Source: Escherichia coli (lineage in GTDB: Bacteria; Pseudomonadota; Gammaproteobacteria; Enterobacterales; Enterobacteriaceae). Taken from it: a stretch of 64,000 nucleotides of DNA. The notes under the pieces were generated by a model that saw only the letters and a list, made by a program, of their open reading frames with translations, was not told where the DNA came from and searched no databases. The position numbers and the translations under genes were made by a program. Positions 1 to 10,742 of the stretch are shown here, piece by piece. Positions within the stretch are counted from its first letter, which is position 1; each line of letters opens with the position of its first letter. The stretch is taken from assembly GCF_003018115.1 (NCBI RefSeq), contig NZ_CP027457.1; one strand, written 5' to 3'.

Positions 1-74
1 AGCTGCACCGCACCGACGCCAACGGTAATCGTATTAAACTGCGTTTCGCCACGATGCTGGCACGTAAAAAATGA
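1..74 (+). CDS. tehB: 3' end of tellurite-resistance methyltransferase TehB (partial, runs off window start)
   Basis: Open frame from window edge ending ...NGNRIKLRFATMLARKK-stop; position immediately upstream of ydcL as in K-12. Recalled from memory, not searched. Confidence 0.5.
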   Translation, partial: LHRTDANGNRIKLRFATMLARKK

Positions 75-377
75 CCCGGTAAGAACAAAGCGCGTGAAAA
101 TTCCCCACGCTGAGATGGTTTACTGTTCTTCTTTTCGGTAAGCATATTTTTTATCGAAGGGATGTGAAATTAATCACAGTAGTCGAAGTTTTTTAGCAGC
201 TTAACTTACTGAAATTTAACTACTGATGATTGACTTAGCCCCTTTTTCGGCATTGACGATGTCGTCTGAAAAGGGGCTGAAAAATTTATTTTCACCAACA
301 CTTTTTTTTGCCACAACACGAAGCGGCGCTTTTTGCTATAACTTAAAAAGTAATATAATCATCTCAGGAAACTATTC

Positions 378-1051
378 ATGCGTACCACATCATTTGCGAA
401 AGTTGCAGCTTTATGCGGCTTGTTGGCTCTGTCTGGTTGTGCCTCTAAAATCACCCAGCCAGATAAATATTCTGGTTTTTTAAACAATTACTCTGATTTA
501 AAAGAAACAACCTCGGCTACAGGTAAACCGGTTTTACGTTGGGTAGACCCGAGTTTTGATCAAAGCAAATATGACAGCATCGTCTGGAACCCAATCACTT
601 ATTATCCGGTACCGAAACCTTCGACCCAGGTAGGGCAGAAAGTTCTGGATAAAATTTTGAACTATACCAACACCGAAATGAAAGAAGCGATAGCGCAGCG
701 TAAACCACTGGTTACCACCGCTGGGCCGCGTAGTCTGATTTTCCGTGGGGCCATTACCGGTGTAGATACCAGCAAAGAAGGGCTGCAATTCTATGAAGTG
801 GTTCCTGTTGCATTAGTGGTTGCGGGGACGCAAATGAAATGGCTACAGGCCACCGTACCATGGATACTCGCCTCTATTTTGAAGGTGAGCTGATTGATGC
901 AGCGACTAATAAACCGGTTATCAAAGTCGTTCGTCAGGGCGAAGGTAAAGACCTGAATAACGAAAGTACGCCAATGGCTTTCGAAAATATTAAACAAGTT
1001 ATTGATGACATGGCGACCGATGCCACCATGTTTGACGTTAACAAAAAGTAG
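378..1051 (+). pseudogene. ydcL: Lipoprotein YdcL, frameshifted (two overlapping ORFs 378..893 and 839..1051 in different frames)
   Basis: N-terminal signal peptide plus lipobox (LALSGC); both ORFs read as one protein family, joined near ...GTQMK / MATGHRTMD; the shift falls in an A-run (caaatgaaatgg) around 830-840. Confidence 0.6.
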
Positions 1052-1059
1052 TTCCAGAC

Positions 1060-1086
1060 GCGCCATCGTTAGATGGCGCTTTTTAT
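1060..1086 (+). terminator. Rho-independent terminator downstream of ydcL
   Basis: Stem gcgccatc / gatggcgc with a 4-nt loop followed by TTTTTAT. Confidence 0.55.
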
Positions 1087-1347
1087 CCGGTGCGCCGTAA
1101 AACCCCATCCTTCAGGGCGGGGATATAAGGCGCGGTTTTCCACCTGACCAGGTGTTTGCTGTTGTTCAATGTATTGGCGGATGACGGATATTGGCGCACC
1201 TCCGCAGCTACTGGCAAAATAGCCAGGACTCCACAAAACGCCTTTGTAGTAATACCTGACTGCAATATCTGGTCGATCTCGTCGCAGTAACCTACCCGAT
1301 ACGCCTTTGAGGCTGTTTACCAGACTGGATATCGCCAGTTTGGGAGG

Positions 1348-1575
1348 TTAGTTAATTAACAAATGGACGTGATCTGGTTCGCCATCCATTTCAACCAGTT
1401 CAGCTTCAAAATAAGCACATACATTTGAAAAGTAAGTGTGTAGTTTTTCTGTCGCGTCATGGTCAAAAATCTGGCGTCGGTATCTGGTGACAAAGACCAG
1501 GTGAACATGCATCAGGAAAACACAATGCCTTCCACGCCGGATATCGGTTTCTTTTTTCACAGACCAAAGTATCAT
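1348..1575 (-). pseudogene. insP: IS200/IS605-family TnpA (HUH transposase), C-terminally truncated
   Basis: 75 aa with HVHLVFVTRYRRQIF and EPDHVHLLI motifs typical of the TnpA N-terminal half; ends before the catalytic Tyr region. Confidence 0.6.
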
Positions 1576-1582
1576 TTGACCT

Positions 1583-2791
1583 GTGAAACGATTACAGGCA
1601 TTTAAATTCCAGTTAAGACCAGGTGGTCAACAGAAGTGTGAAATGAGGCGCTTCGCAGGCGCATGTCGTTTCGTTTTCAATCGTGCTCTGGCACGTCAGA
1701 ATGAGAATCATGAGGCCGGTAATAAATACATCCCTTACGGGAAAATGGCTTCCTGGCTGGTTGAGTGGAAAAATGCCACTGAAACGCAATGGCTTAAAGA
1801 TTCTCCCTCACAGCCATTGCAACAGTCACTGAAAGACCTTGAGCGGGCTTACAAAAACTTCTTCCGGAAGCGGGCTGCTTTTCCCCGATTCAAAAAGCGG
1901 GGACAGAATGATGCATTCCGCTACCCGCAGGGCGTTAAGCTCGATCAGGAAAACAGCCGTATTTTTCTGCCGAAACTGGGCTGGATGCGCTACCGGAATA
2001 GCCGTCAGGTCACGGGTGTTGTGAAAAATGTCACTGTCAGCCAGTCCTGCGGTAAGTGGTACATCAGTATTCAGACAGAAAGTGAAGTATCAACTCCGGT
2101 TCACCCTTCAGCATCAATGATCGGGCTGGATGCTGGCGTGGCTAAACTCGCCACGCTGTCAGATGGCACAGTCTTTGAGCCTGTAAACAGTTTTCAGAAA
2201 AACCAGAAGACGCTGGCGAGACTTCAGCGACAGTTAAGCCGCAAGGTCAAATTCAGCAACAACTGGCAGAAGCAGAAACGCAAAATACAGCGACTGCATT
2301 CCTGTATCGCAAATATCCGCAGGGACTACCTTCACAAAGTCACAACGGCCGTCAGCAAAAACCACGCAATGATAGTCATTGAGGATTTGAAGGTCAGCAA
2401 CATGTCAAAGTCAGCAGCGGGTACGGTCAGCCAGCCGGGGCGCAATGTCCGGGCAAAATCAGGTTTAAACCGTTCGATACTGGATCAGGGCTGGTATGAA
2501 ATGCGCCGCCAGCTTGAGTACAAGCAGCTCTGGCGTGGCGGTCAGGTGCTTGCTGTTCCGCCAGCGTATACAAGCCAGCGTTGCGCGTACTGTGGTCATA
2601 CAGCGAAAGAGAACCGCCTGTCACAAAGTAAATTCAGATGCCATGTATGTGGATATACAGCGAACGCCGATGTAAATGGCGCTCGTAACATTTTAGCGGC
2701 GGGGCACGCCGTTCTTGCCTGTGGAGAGATGGTGCAGTCAGGCCGCCCGTTGAAGCAGGAACCCACCGAAATGATTCAGGCGACAGCCTGA
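1583..2791 (+). CDS. insQ: IS609 TnpB (OrfB, RuvC-like RNA-guided nuclease family)
   Basis: 402-aa ORF from a GTG start; N-terminal AFKFQLRP motif and C-terminal Cys-rich zinc finger (CAYCGH...CHVCGY). K-12 annotation would start at the internal Met at 1643 (382 aa). Confidence 0.8.
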   Translation: MKRLQAFKFQLRPGGQQKCEMRRFAGACRFVFNRALARQNENHEAGNKYIPYGKMASWLVEWKNATETQWLKDSPSQPLQQSLKDLERAYKNFFRKRAAFPRFKKRGQNDAFRYPQGVKLDQENSRIFLPKLGWMRYRNSRQVTGVVKNVTVSQSCGKWYISIQTESEVSTPVHPSASMIGLDAGVAKLATLSDGTVFEPVNSFQKNQKTLARLQRQLSRKVKFSNNWQKQKRKIQRLHSCIANIRRDYLHKVTTAVSKNHAMIVIEDLKVSNMSKSAAGTVSQPGRNVRAKSGLNRSILDQGWYEMRRQLEYKQLWRGGQVLAVPPAYTSQRCAYCGHTAKENRLSQSKFRCHVCGYTANADVNGARNILAAGHAVLACGEMVQSGRPLKQEPTEMIQATA

Positions 2792-2830
2792 ACGTAGCAG
2801 GGATCCACGTCCTTCAGGGCGTGGAGGATG

Positions 2831-4006
2831 TCAATATCGGTTTCTGTCAGCGATTAAATTCAACACCACGTAACAAACGCCTCCGGCAATTAATCCCCAG
2901 AACGCTGAACCAATCCCGACCAGCGTTAATCCACTTGCCGTTACCAGAAATGCCACCACCGCCGCGTCGCGCTCACGCTCATTATGCAGCGCCTGATACA
3001 AACTGCCGCCAATGGTACTTAACAGCGCCAGACCTGCCAGCATCTGGATCCAACTTACGGGCAGGGCAGCCATCATCCCGGTAATGGCACTACCAAACAG
3101 ACCTGCGAGCAAATAGAAAATGCCTGCAACGGCAGCGGCCAGCCAACGTTGATCTTTATCCGGATGCGCTTCCGGGCTTTGGCAAATAGCTGCGGTGATT
3201 GCCGCAATACCGACGGAATAAACGCCGAAAGGGGAAAAAACCAGTGCCAGCAATCCAGTAAATACAATTAATGGCGAAACAGGAGCCGAATATCCGGCTG
3301 CTTTCATTGCTGCGATACCCGGTGCGTTTTGCGATGCCATCGTCACCAGAAAAAGGGGGAGTGCAACGCTCAGGCTGTGAGCAAACGAAAAATCAGGGGT
3401 AATATAAGTGGGGAGAACGGGTTTAAAGACAACATCAGTTGTGACAACGTCACCTTGCGCGATAACGATCACGATCCCAATAATCATCGCGGCAATTACC
3501 GCATAGCGCGGCGCAACGGCCTTGGTTGCCAGCCATACCAGCAACATACTTCCACACAACGTAAATTGACAGTCCAGACTGGCAAACGCCTGTAAACCAA
3601 AGCGTAATAAAATCCCGGCAAGCATTGCCGCCGCAAGCGAGTGCGGAATAATGCGCATCAGACGAGCAAAGAGTCCCGTTATGCCGCAGAGGACTATTAA
3701 CGCGTTGGTGACAATAAAAACGCCGATGGCTTCGTTAAGTGTTAGTCCCTGCAATCCGGTGACCAACAAAGCCGCGCCAGGCGTTGACCATGCGGTGAGA
3801 ACAGGTACGCGATACCATAATGTCAGAGTCAGCGTACTGACGCCCATTGCCAGCCCCAGCGCCGTCATCCAGCCAGAGATTTGTGCAGTGGAGGCTCCGG
3901 CGACAATCGCTGCTTGCCAGATTATTGCCGCTGAACTGGCGTAGCCAATTAATACCGCCAGAAACCCCGCCAGTAGCGTGGGTGGAGGAACAGAAAACAG
4001 ACGCAT
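2831..4006 (-). CDS. ydcO: BenE-family inner membrane transporter YdcO
   Basis: Highly hydrophobic multi-pass protein; start set to ATG at 4006 (MRLFSVPPPT..., 391 aa) with GAGGTG Shine-Dalgarno; the track ORF extends upstream to 4129. Confidence 0.8.
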   Translation of the reverse strand: MRLFSVPPPTLLAGFLAVLIGYASSAAIIWQAAIVAGASTAQISGWMTALGLAMGVSTLTLTLWYRVPVLTAWSTPGAALLVTGLQGLTLNEAIGVFIVTNALIVLCGITGLFARLMRIIPHSLAAAMLAGILLRFGLQAFASLDCQFTLCGSMLLVWLATKAVAPRYAVIAAMIIGIVIVIAQGDVVTTDVVFKPVLPTYITPDFSFAHSLSVALPLFLVTMASQNAPGIAAMKAAGYSAPVSPLIVFTGLLALVFSPFGVYSVGIAAITAAICQSPEAHPDKDQRWLAAAVAGIFYLLAGLFGSAITGMMAALPVSWIQMLAGLALLSTIGGSLYQALHNERERDAAVVAFLVTASGLTLVGIGSAFWGLIAGGVCYVVLNLIADRNRY

Positions 4007-4097
4007 AGTCACCTCGTGCGTTATAGCGTACAGGCACCGTAGCATTTGTCCGTTATAACGCACAAGTGATAAACTTCCGTTTTGCCGGAGGAGTCGC

Positions 4098-4634
4098 ATG
4101 GAAAATCTCGCTCGCTTTTTATCCACCACACTTAAACAACTACGTCAGCAGCGCGGCTGGAGTCTTTCGCGACTGGCAGAAGCGACGGGCGTTTCTAAAG
4201 CAATGTTAGGACAGATTGAGCGTAATGAGTCCAGCCCGACGGTCGCGACATTATGGAAAATTGCCACTGGGTTGAACGTGCCCTTTTCGACATTTATTTC
4301 TCCGCCACAGTCCGCTACGCCTTCAGTTTATGATCCACAACAGCAGGCGATGGTGATCACTTCGCTGTTTCCTTATGATCCACAACTCTGCTTTGAACAC
4401 TTCTCGATTCAGATGGCACCCGGTGCAATAAGCGAATCGACGCCCCATGAGAAGGGGGTAATCGAACATGTCGTCGTCATTGATGGACAACTTGATCTGT
4501 GCGTTGATGGTGAATGGCAGAGCCTTAATTGTGGGGAAGGCGCTCGATTTGCTGCAGACGTCACGCATATCTATCGTAATGGTGGGGAGCAAATCGTACA
4601 TTTTCATTCCCTCATCCATTACCCGCGCAGTTAA
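4098..4634 (+). CDS. ydcN: HTH (XRE-type)/cupin-domain transcriptional regulator YdcN
   Basis: 178-aa ORF; N-terminal HTH (LSRLAEATGVSKAMLGQIERNESSP); divergent from ydcO. Confidence 0.8.
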   Translation: MENLARFLSTTLKQLRQQRGWSLSRLAEATGVSKAMLGQIERNESSPTVATLWKIATGLNVPFSTFISPPQSATPSVYDPQQQAMVITSLFPYDPQLCFEHFSIQMAPGAISESTPHEKGVIEHVVVIDGQLDLCVDGEWQSLNCGEGARFAADVTHIYRNGGEQIVHFHSLIHYPRS

Positions 4635-4706
4635 GCGGGAAAACTATTTCGCAACGTCGCGCTTGTGGCTAAAATAGCCGCCATTTTTCAGCTACTGGAT
4701 AAGAAT

Positions 4707-6668
4707 GTGACCGTATCTTCTCATCGACTTGAACTGTTAAGCCCGGCACGCGATGCCGCCATTGCCCGCGAAGCTATTTTGCACGGTGCCGATGCTGTTT
4801 ATATCGGCGGCCCTGGTTTTGGTGCCCGTCATAATGCCAGTAATAGCCTGAAAGATATTGCCGAGCTGGTGCCGTTTGCCCATCGTTATGGTGCAAAAAT
4901 TTTCGTCACGCTTAACACCATTTTGCATGATGATGAGCTGGAACCCGCGCAACGGCTGATTACTGACCTCTACCAGACCGGTGTCGATGCGCTGATTGTT
5001 CAGGATATGGGGATTCTGGAACTTGATATTCCGCCGATTGAACTGCACGCCAGTACGCAGTGCGACATTCGTACAGTAGAAAAAGCGAAGTTCCTCTCTG
5101 ATGTTGGCTTCACGCAGATTGTGCTGGCGCGAGAGCTGAATCTTGAGCAGATCCGCGCGATTCACCAGGCCACGGACGCGACCATTGAATTCTTTATTCA
5201 TGGGGCACTGTGCGTGGCCTATTCGGGTCAGTGCTACATTTCTCATGCGCAAACAGGGCGTAGCGCCAACCGTGGCGATTGCTCGCAGGCGTGCCGTTTG
5301 CCATACACATTGAAAGACGATCAGGGGCGGGTGGTTTCCTATGAAAAACATCTGCTGTCGATGAAAGATAACGATCAAACTGCCAACCTCGGCGCGCTGA
5401 TTGATGCTGGTGTACGCTCCTTCAAGATTGAAGGGCGTTACAAAGATATGAGCTACGTGAAGAATATCACCGCCCATTATCGCCAGATGCTGGATGCCAT
5501 TATTGAAGAACGTGGCGATCTGACGCGCGCTTCATCAGGTCGTACTGAACATTTCTTTGTTCCATCGACGGAAAAGACTTTCCATCGTGGTAGCACAGAT
5601 TATTTTGTGAATGCCCGTAAAGGCGATATTGGCGCGTTCGATTCGCCGAAATTTATCGGCCTGCCGGTGGGTGAAGTATTGAAAGTGGCGAAAGATCATC
5701 TCGATGTTGCCGTTACCGAGCCACTGGCAAATGGCGATGGCCTGAACGTGTTGATTAAACGTGAAGTCGTCGGTTTTCGTGCCAATACGGTCGAGAAAAC
5801 CGGAGAAAATCAGTACCGCGTCTGGCCCAATGAAATGCCAGCAGATTTGCACAAAATTCGCCCGCATCACCCACTAAACCGTAATCTTGATCATAACTGG
5901 CAGCAGGCACTGACAAAAACCTCCAGCGAACGTCGGGTGGCGGTAGACATTGAACTGGGCGGCTGGCAGGAACAACTGATTCTGACCCTCACCAGTGAAG
6001 AGGGGGTCAGCATCACGCATACGCTGGATGGGCAGTTCGACGAAGCCAATAACGCCGAAAAAGCAATGAACAATCTGAAGGATGGTCTGGCAAAACTGGG
6101 GCAAACCATCTATTACGCCCGCGATGTGCAAATTAATTTGCCGGGGGCGCTGTTTGTACCAAACAGTCTGTTAAACCAGTTCCGCCGCGAAGCCGCCGAC
6201 ATGCTGGATGCTGCACGTCTTGCCAGTTACCAGCGCGGCAGCCGTAAACCGGTTGCTGATCCTGCGCCGGTTTATCCGCAAACGCATCTGAGTTTCCTCG
6301 CGAACGTTTACAACCAGAAAGCGCGTGAATTTTATCATCGCTATGGTGTGCAGCTGATTGACGCGGCGTATGAGGCACATGAAGAGAAGGGCGAAGTCCC
6401 GGTGATGATCACCAAGCATTGTCTGCGCTTTGCCTTTAATCTGTGCCCGAAACAGGCGAAAGGCAATATCAAAAGCTGGAAGGCGACGCCAATGCAACTG
6501 GTTAACGGCGATGAAGTATTAACGCTAAAGTTTGATTGCCGCCCATGCGAGATGCACGTCATTGGCAAAATCAAAAATCACATACTGAAAATGCCGTTAC
6601 CGGGAAGCGTAGTGGCATCCGTAAGTCCGGATGAGCTGCTGAAAACATTGCCGAAGCGAAAAGGGTAA
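4707..6668 (+). CDS. ydcP: Peptidase U32-family protein YdcP/RlhA
   Basis: Long conserved ORF; start assigned to the second GTG (653 aa); track start 4665 is also GTG. Confidence 0.8.
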   Translation: MTVSSHRLELLSPARDAAIAREAILHGADAVYIGGPGFGARHNASNSLKDIAELVPFAHRYGAKIFVTLNTILHDDELEPAQRLITDLYQTGVDALIVQDMGILELDIPPIELHASTQCDIRTVEKAKFLSDVGFTQIVLARELNLEQIRAIHQATDATIEFFIHGALCVAYSGQCYISHAQTGRSANRGDCSQACRLPYTLKDDQGRVVSYEKHLLSMKDNDQTANLGALIDAGVRSFKIEGRYKDMSYVKNITAHYRQMLDAIIEERGDLTRASSGRTEHFFVPSTEKTFHRGSTDYFVNARKGDIGAFDSPKFIGLPVGEVLKVAKDHLDVAVTEPLANGDGLNVLIKREVVGFRANTVEKTGENQYRVWPNEMPADLHKIRPHHPLNRNLDHNWQQALTKTSSERRVAVDIELGGWQEQLILTLTSEEGVSITHTLDGQFDEANNAEKAMNNLKDGLAKLGQTIYYARDVQINLPGALFVPNSLLNQFRREAADMLDAARLASYQRGSRKPVADPAPVYPQTHLSFLANVYNQKAREFYHRYGVQLIDAAYEAHEEKGEVPVMITKHCLRFAFNLCPKQAKGNIKSWKATPMQLVNGDEVLTLKFDCRPCEMHVIGKIKNHILKMPLPGSVVASVSPDELLKTLPKRKG

Positions 6669-6716
6669 AACGCCAGTTTTCTGGTTACTCACAACTTATT
6701 GAATCTGCATGATATT

Positions 6717-6752
6717 GCCTGCCGGGTAAGGCGTTACGCCGCATCCGGCATC
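6717..6752. repeat. REP (repetitive extragenic palindrome) element
   Basis: gccgggtaaggcgttacgccgcatccggca - classic REP consensus with imperfect dyad. Confidence 0.6.
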
Positions 6753-6759
6753 AAACGAC

Positions 6760-6990
6760 TCAACGTTGTCCCGCTTCTGGTTTGCGCGATTTTTGCCAGT
6801 AAAAATGCTCGCGCAAACCTTCCGCCGACTCTTCCGCCACAGCACGCAATTCATCGCTGTCCGCTTCATGACGCAGCTGATGATCCACATTCTTTACCCA
6901 CACAAATTCATGTCCTTTGTGCCCTGCCATGAGTTGTCCTGAGAACAGCGCACACGTTAATAAGACAACCGATAACGCCTTCGTAAACAT
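6760..6990 (-). CDS. yncJ: Small secreted protein YncJ (DUF2554)
   Basis: 76-aa ORF with N-terminal signal peptide (MFTKALSVVLLTCALFSGQLMA). Confidence 0.7.
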   Translation of the reverse strand: MFTKALSVVLLTCALFSGQLMAGHKGHEFVWVKNVDHQLRHEADSDELRAVAEESAEGLREHFYWQKSRKPEAGQR

Positions 6991-7211
6991 CCTGCCACCT
7001 TTTTTTTACCTTTTGCCGCTATGATGCCGATCGTTTCTTGAGGTTATTATTCAGTTTTGCAAATTAGCGCAAAGAAATTCTGGAATCTTCCTTCCTGATT
7101 TTGCATTGCATTCTGCCGTTGCGGCAATTTAGTGCTATTTTCGAGCAAATTACACACGGAGGTAAACACTAATGTTTACTTTGTTGATATACTCAGCGGC
7201 AGGGAGGCGAT

Positions 7212-7388
7212 GTGAAACAAAGCGAGTTCAGACGTTGGCTCGAATCTCAGGGCGTCGATGTAGCGAATGGCAGCAACCATTTGAAAGTCAGGTTTCATGG
7301 GATGCGCAGTGTCATGCCGCGTCACCCCTGCGATGAGATTAAAGAACCATTGCGTAAAGCAATCCAGAAACAACTCGGTTTGAGTTAA
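7212..7388 (+). CDS. hicA: HicA mRNA interferase toxin (type II toxin-antitoxin)
   Basis: 58-aa ORF from a GTG start (VKQSEFRRWLESQGV...), absent from the track because it is under 60 aa; GGAGG Shine-Dalgarno 5 nt upstream; directly upstream of hicB. Confidence 0.75.
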   Translation: MKQSEFRRWLESQGVDVANGSNHLKVRFHGMRSVMPRHPCDEIKEPLRKAIQKQLGLS

Positions 7389-7433
7389 TCGCCAATTAAA
7401 AAGGTTAATGACATGCGAGAGACAGTCGAAATT

Positions 7434-7850
<417 letters not shown>

Positions 7851-7928
7851 TAACAGTTAATGAAAAGTTGTCATTTTTAACAACTGATATAGACTGCCGA
7901 ATCATCTGCACATAATTACGATTCGATA

Positions 7929-9335
7929 ATGAAAAAATATCAGCAGCTTGCAGAACAATTACGCGAGCAGATTGCGTCTGGTATCTGGCAATCCGGCGAT
8001 CGTTTGCCTTCGTTGCGTGACCAGGTGGCGCTTTCTGGCATGAGCTTTATGACTGTCAGCCATGCCTATCAGTTGCTCGAAAGTCAGGGACATATTATCG
8101 CGCGACCGCAGTCGGGTTATTACGTTGCGCCACAGGCAATAAAAATGCCGAAAGCGCCAGTCATTCCAGTCACTCGAGATGAAGCAGTCGATATCAACAC
8201 CTATATTTTTGATATGTTGCAGGCCAGTCGCGATCCGTCGGTAGTTCCGTTTGCCTCGGCCTTTCCCGACCCGCGACTTTTCCCCCTCCAACAACTAAAC
8301 CGCTCGCTGGCGCAGGTAAGCAAAACCGCCACGGCGATGAGCGTGATTGAAAACTTGCCGCCAGGAAACGCAGAACTGCGTCAGGCTATTGCCCGTCGCT
8401 ATGCCTTACAGGGCATCACCATTTCTCCTGATGAAATTGTCATTACTGCCGGGGCGTTAGAGGCATTAAACCTCAGTTTGCAAGCGGTAACTGAACCGGG
8501 CGATTGGGTGATAGTAGAGAATCCTTGTTTCTACGGCGCGTTGCAGGCGCTGGAGCGGCTACGGCTGAAGGCGTTATCGGTGGCGACGGATGTTAAAGAA
8601 GGGATCGATCTTCAGGCGCTGGAACTGGCGTTGCAGGAGTATCCGGTGAAAGCGTGCTGGCTGATGACTAATAGCCAGAATCCACTCGGATTTACCTTAA
8701 CGCCGCAAAAAAAAGCACAACTGGTGGCGTTGCTCAATCAGTACAACGTAGCGCTGATTGAAGATGACGTTTACAGCGAACTTTATTTTGGACGGGAAAA
8801 ACCGCTGCCTGCGAAAGCGTGGGATCGCCACGATGGCGTTTTGCATTGCTCTTCGTTTTCGAAATGTCTGGTGCCTGGTTTTCGTATTGGTTGGGTCGCC
8901 GCCGGAAAACATGCACGTAAAATTCAACGATTGCAGTTGATGAGTACGCTTTCCACCAGCTCACCGATGCAGCTTGCGCTGGTAGATTACCTTTCCACGC
9001 GCCGATACGACGCCCATCTTCGTCGCCTGCGTCGCCAGCTTGCGGAACGTAAACAACGTGCCTGGCAGGCACTGCTGCGTTATCTGCCTGCGGAAGTGAA
9101 AATTCATCATAATGACAGCGGCTATTTTCTCTGGCTGGAGCTCCCCGAACCGTTAGATGCCGGCGAATTAAGCCTGGCGGCACTGACGCATCATATCAGT
9201 ATTGCGCCGGGTAAAATGTTTTCTACCGGTGAAAACTGGTCACGTTTTTTTCGTTTTAATACCGCGTGGCAGTGGGGAGAACGTGAAGAACAGGCGGTAA
9301 AACAATTAGGCAAACTTATTCAAGAACGGCTGTAA
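7929..9335 (+). CDS. ydcR: MocR/GntR-family regulator with aminotransferase-like domain YdcR
   Basis: 468-aa ORF; N-terminal GntR HTH followed by a PLP-fold domain containing a SFSK motif. Confidence 0.85.
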   Translation: MKKYQQLAEQLREQIASGIWQSGDRLPSLRDQVALSGMSFMTVSHAYQLLESQGHIIARPQSGYYVAPQAIKMPKAPVIPVTRDEAVDINTYIFDMLQASRDPSVVPFASAFPDPRLFPLQQLNRSLAQVSKTATAMSVIENLPPGNAELRQAIARRYALQGITISPDEIVITAGALEALNLSLQAVTEPGDWVIVENPCFYGALQALERLRLKALSVATDVKEGIDLQALELALQEYPVKACWLMTNSQNPLGFTLTPQKKAQLVALLNQYNVALIEDDVYSELYFGREKPLPAKAWDRHDGVLHCSSFSKCLVPGFRIGWVAAGKHARKIQRLQLMSTLSTSSPMQLALVDYLSTRRYDAHLRRLRRQLAERKQRAWQALLRYLPAEVKIHHNDSGYFLWLELPEPLDAGELSLAALTHHISIAPGKMFSTGENWSRFFRFNTAWQWGEREEQAVKQLGKLIQERL

Positions 9336-9579
9336 TAGCGTTTAATTTAATTCCTCTTAGATTGGGTAATATGAATTTCGAATAGCAGTCATATTTCCTA
9401 ACTCCTTGACTATACTCCAGAAGATAACCTTACAGACGGCATAATGCGCGGTAGCTCACAACCTGATTAAATTTTCTCAGGGGCGAAGGTGTGCCTGCAA
9501 GCCGCCGTCTATGGTTAAACAAGGAGATATTTTTACGGCACGGCGGCTGAACAATTAATTACGACAGGAGTAAGACCTT

Positions 9580-10725
9580 ATGAGCAAGACATTTGCCCGC
9601 AGCAGCCTGTGTGCGCTCAGCATGACAATAATGACCGCTCACGCCGCCGAACCGCCTACCAATTTAGATAAACCGGAAGGGCGACTGGATATTATCGCCT
9701 GGCCGGGATATATCGAACGCGGACAAACTGATAAACAATACGACTGGGTAACGCAATTCGAAAAAGAGACAGGCTGCGCGGTGAATGTTAAAACCGCCGC
9801 GACTTCCGATGAAATGGTCAGTCTGATGACCAAAGGGGGTTACGATCTGGTTACGGCATCCGGCGATGCCTCGCTGCGTTTGATTATGGGTAAACGCGTG
9901 CAGCCGATTAATACCGCCTTGATTACCAACTGGAAAACGCTCGATCCGCGCGTGGTTAAAGGCGACTGGTTTAACGTTGGCGGCAAAGTTTACGGTACAC
10001 CTTACCAATGGGGGCCGAACCTGCTGATGTACAACACTAAAACCTTCCCGACGCCGCCGGATAGCTGGCAAGTGGTTTTTGTTGAGCAAAATCTGCAGGA
10101 CGGCAAGAGCAATAAAGGCCGCGTTCAGGCTTATGATGGCCCTATCTACATTGCGGACGCTGCGTTGTTCGTTAAAGCCACTCAGCCGCAGTTGGGCATC
10201 AGCGATCCGTATCAACTCACCGAAGAACAGTACCAGGCGGTGCTGAAAGTGCTGCGCGCTCAACATAGTTTGATCCATCGCTACTGGCATGACACTACCG
10301 TGCAAATGAGCGATTTCAAAAACGAGGGTGTGGTTGCTTCCAGTGCATGGCCCTATCAGGCCAACGCCTTGAAAGCCGAAGGCCAGCCTGTTGCTACCGT
10401 TTTCCCGAAGGAGGGTGTTACCGGTTGGGCTGATACCACCATGCTGCATAGCGAAGCGAAACATCCGGTTTGCGCCTACAAATGGATGAACTGGTCATTA
10501 ACGCCAAAAGTGCAGGGCGATGTGGCGGCCTGGTTTGGCTCGTTACCGGTAGTGCCGGAAGGGTGTAAAGCCAGTCCGTTATTAGGCGAAAAAGGTTGTG
10601 AAACCAACGGTTTTAACTATTTCGACAAAATCGCCTTCTGGAAAACGCCTATAGCAGAAGGGGGCAAGTTTGTTCCCTACAGTCGCTGGACGCAGGATTA
10701 CATTGCCATTATGGGCGGTCGCTAA
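9580..10725 (+). CDS. ydcS: Periplasmic polyamine-type substrate-binding protein YdcS (ABC transporter)
   Basis: 381-aa ORF with signal peptide; first gene of the ydcSTUV-patD cluster. Confidence 0.85.
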   Translation: MSKTFARSSLCALSMTIMTAHAAEPPTNLDKPEGRLDIIAWPGYIERGQTDKQYDWVTQFEKETGCAVNVKTAATSDEMVSLMTKGGYDLVTASGDASLRLIMGKRVQPINTALITNWKTLDPRVVKGDWFNVGGKVYGTPYQWGPNLLMYNTKTFPTPPDSWQVVFVEQNLQDGKSNKGRVQAYDGPIYIADAALFVKATQPQLGISDPYQLTEEQYQAVLKVLRAQHSLIHRYWHDTTVQMSDFKNEGVVASSAWPYQANALKAEGQPVATVFPKEGVTGWADTTMLHSEAKHPVCAYKWMNWSLTPKVQGDVAAWFGSLPVVPEGCKASPLLGEKGCETNGFNYFDKIAFWKTPIAEGGKFVPYSRWTQDYIAIMGGR

Positions 10726-10742
10726 CTTCGCTGGGGTGCTTT

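Larger units (their letters stand above)
1340..2830 (+). mobile_element. IS200/IS605-family element remnant (IS609-like): truncated tnpA plus intact tnpB; ends approximate
   Basis: Divergent tnpA fragment and tnpB ORF; element is flush with the ydcO stop at 2831; short hairpin (ccacg...cgtgg) just 3' of tnpB. Confidence 0.5.

Noticed and set aside
4737-6574. Minus-strand ORFs inside ydcP (4737..5477, 5535..5870, 6171..6497 and others)
   Set aside because: Antisense to a well-supported long CDS.
9664-10464. 266-aa minus-strand ORF inside ydcS
   Set aside because: Antisense to ydcS with no independent support.
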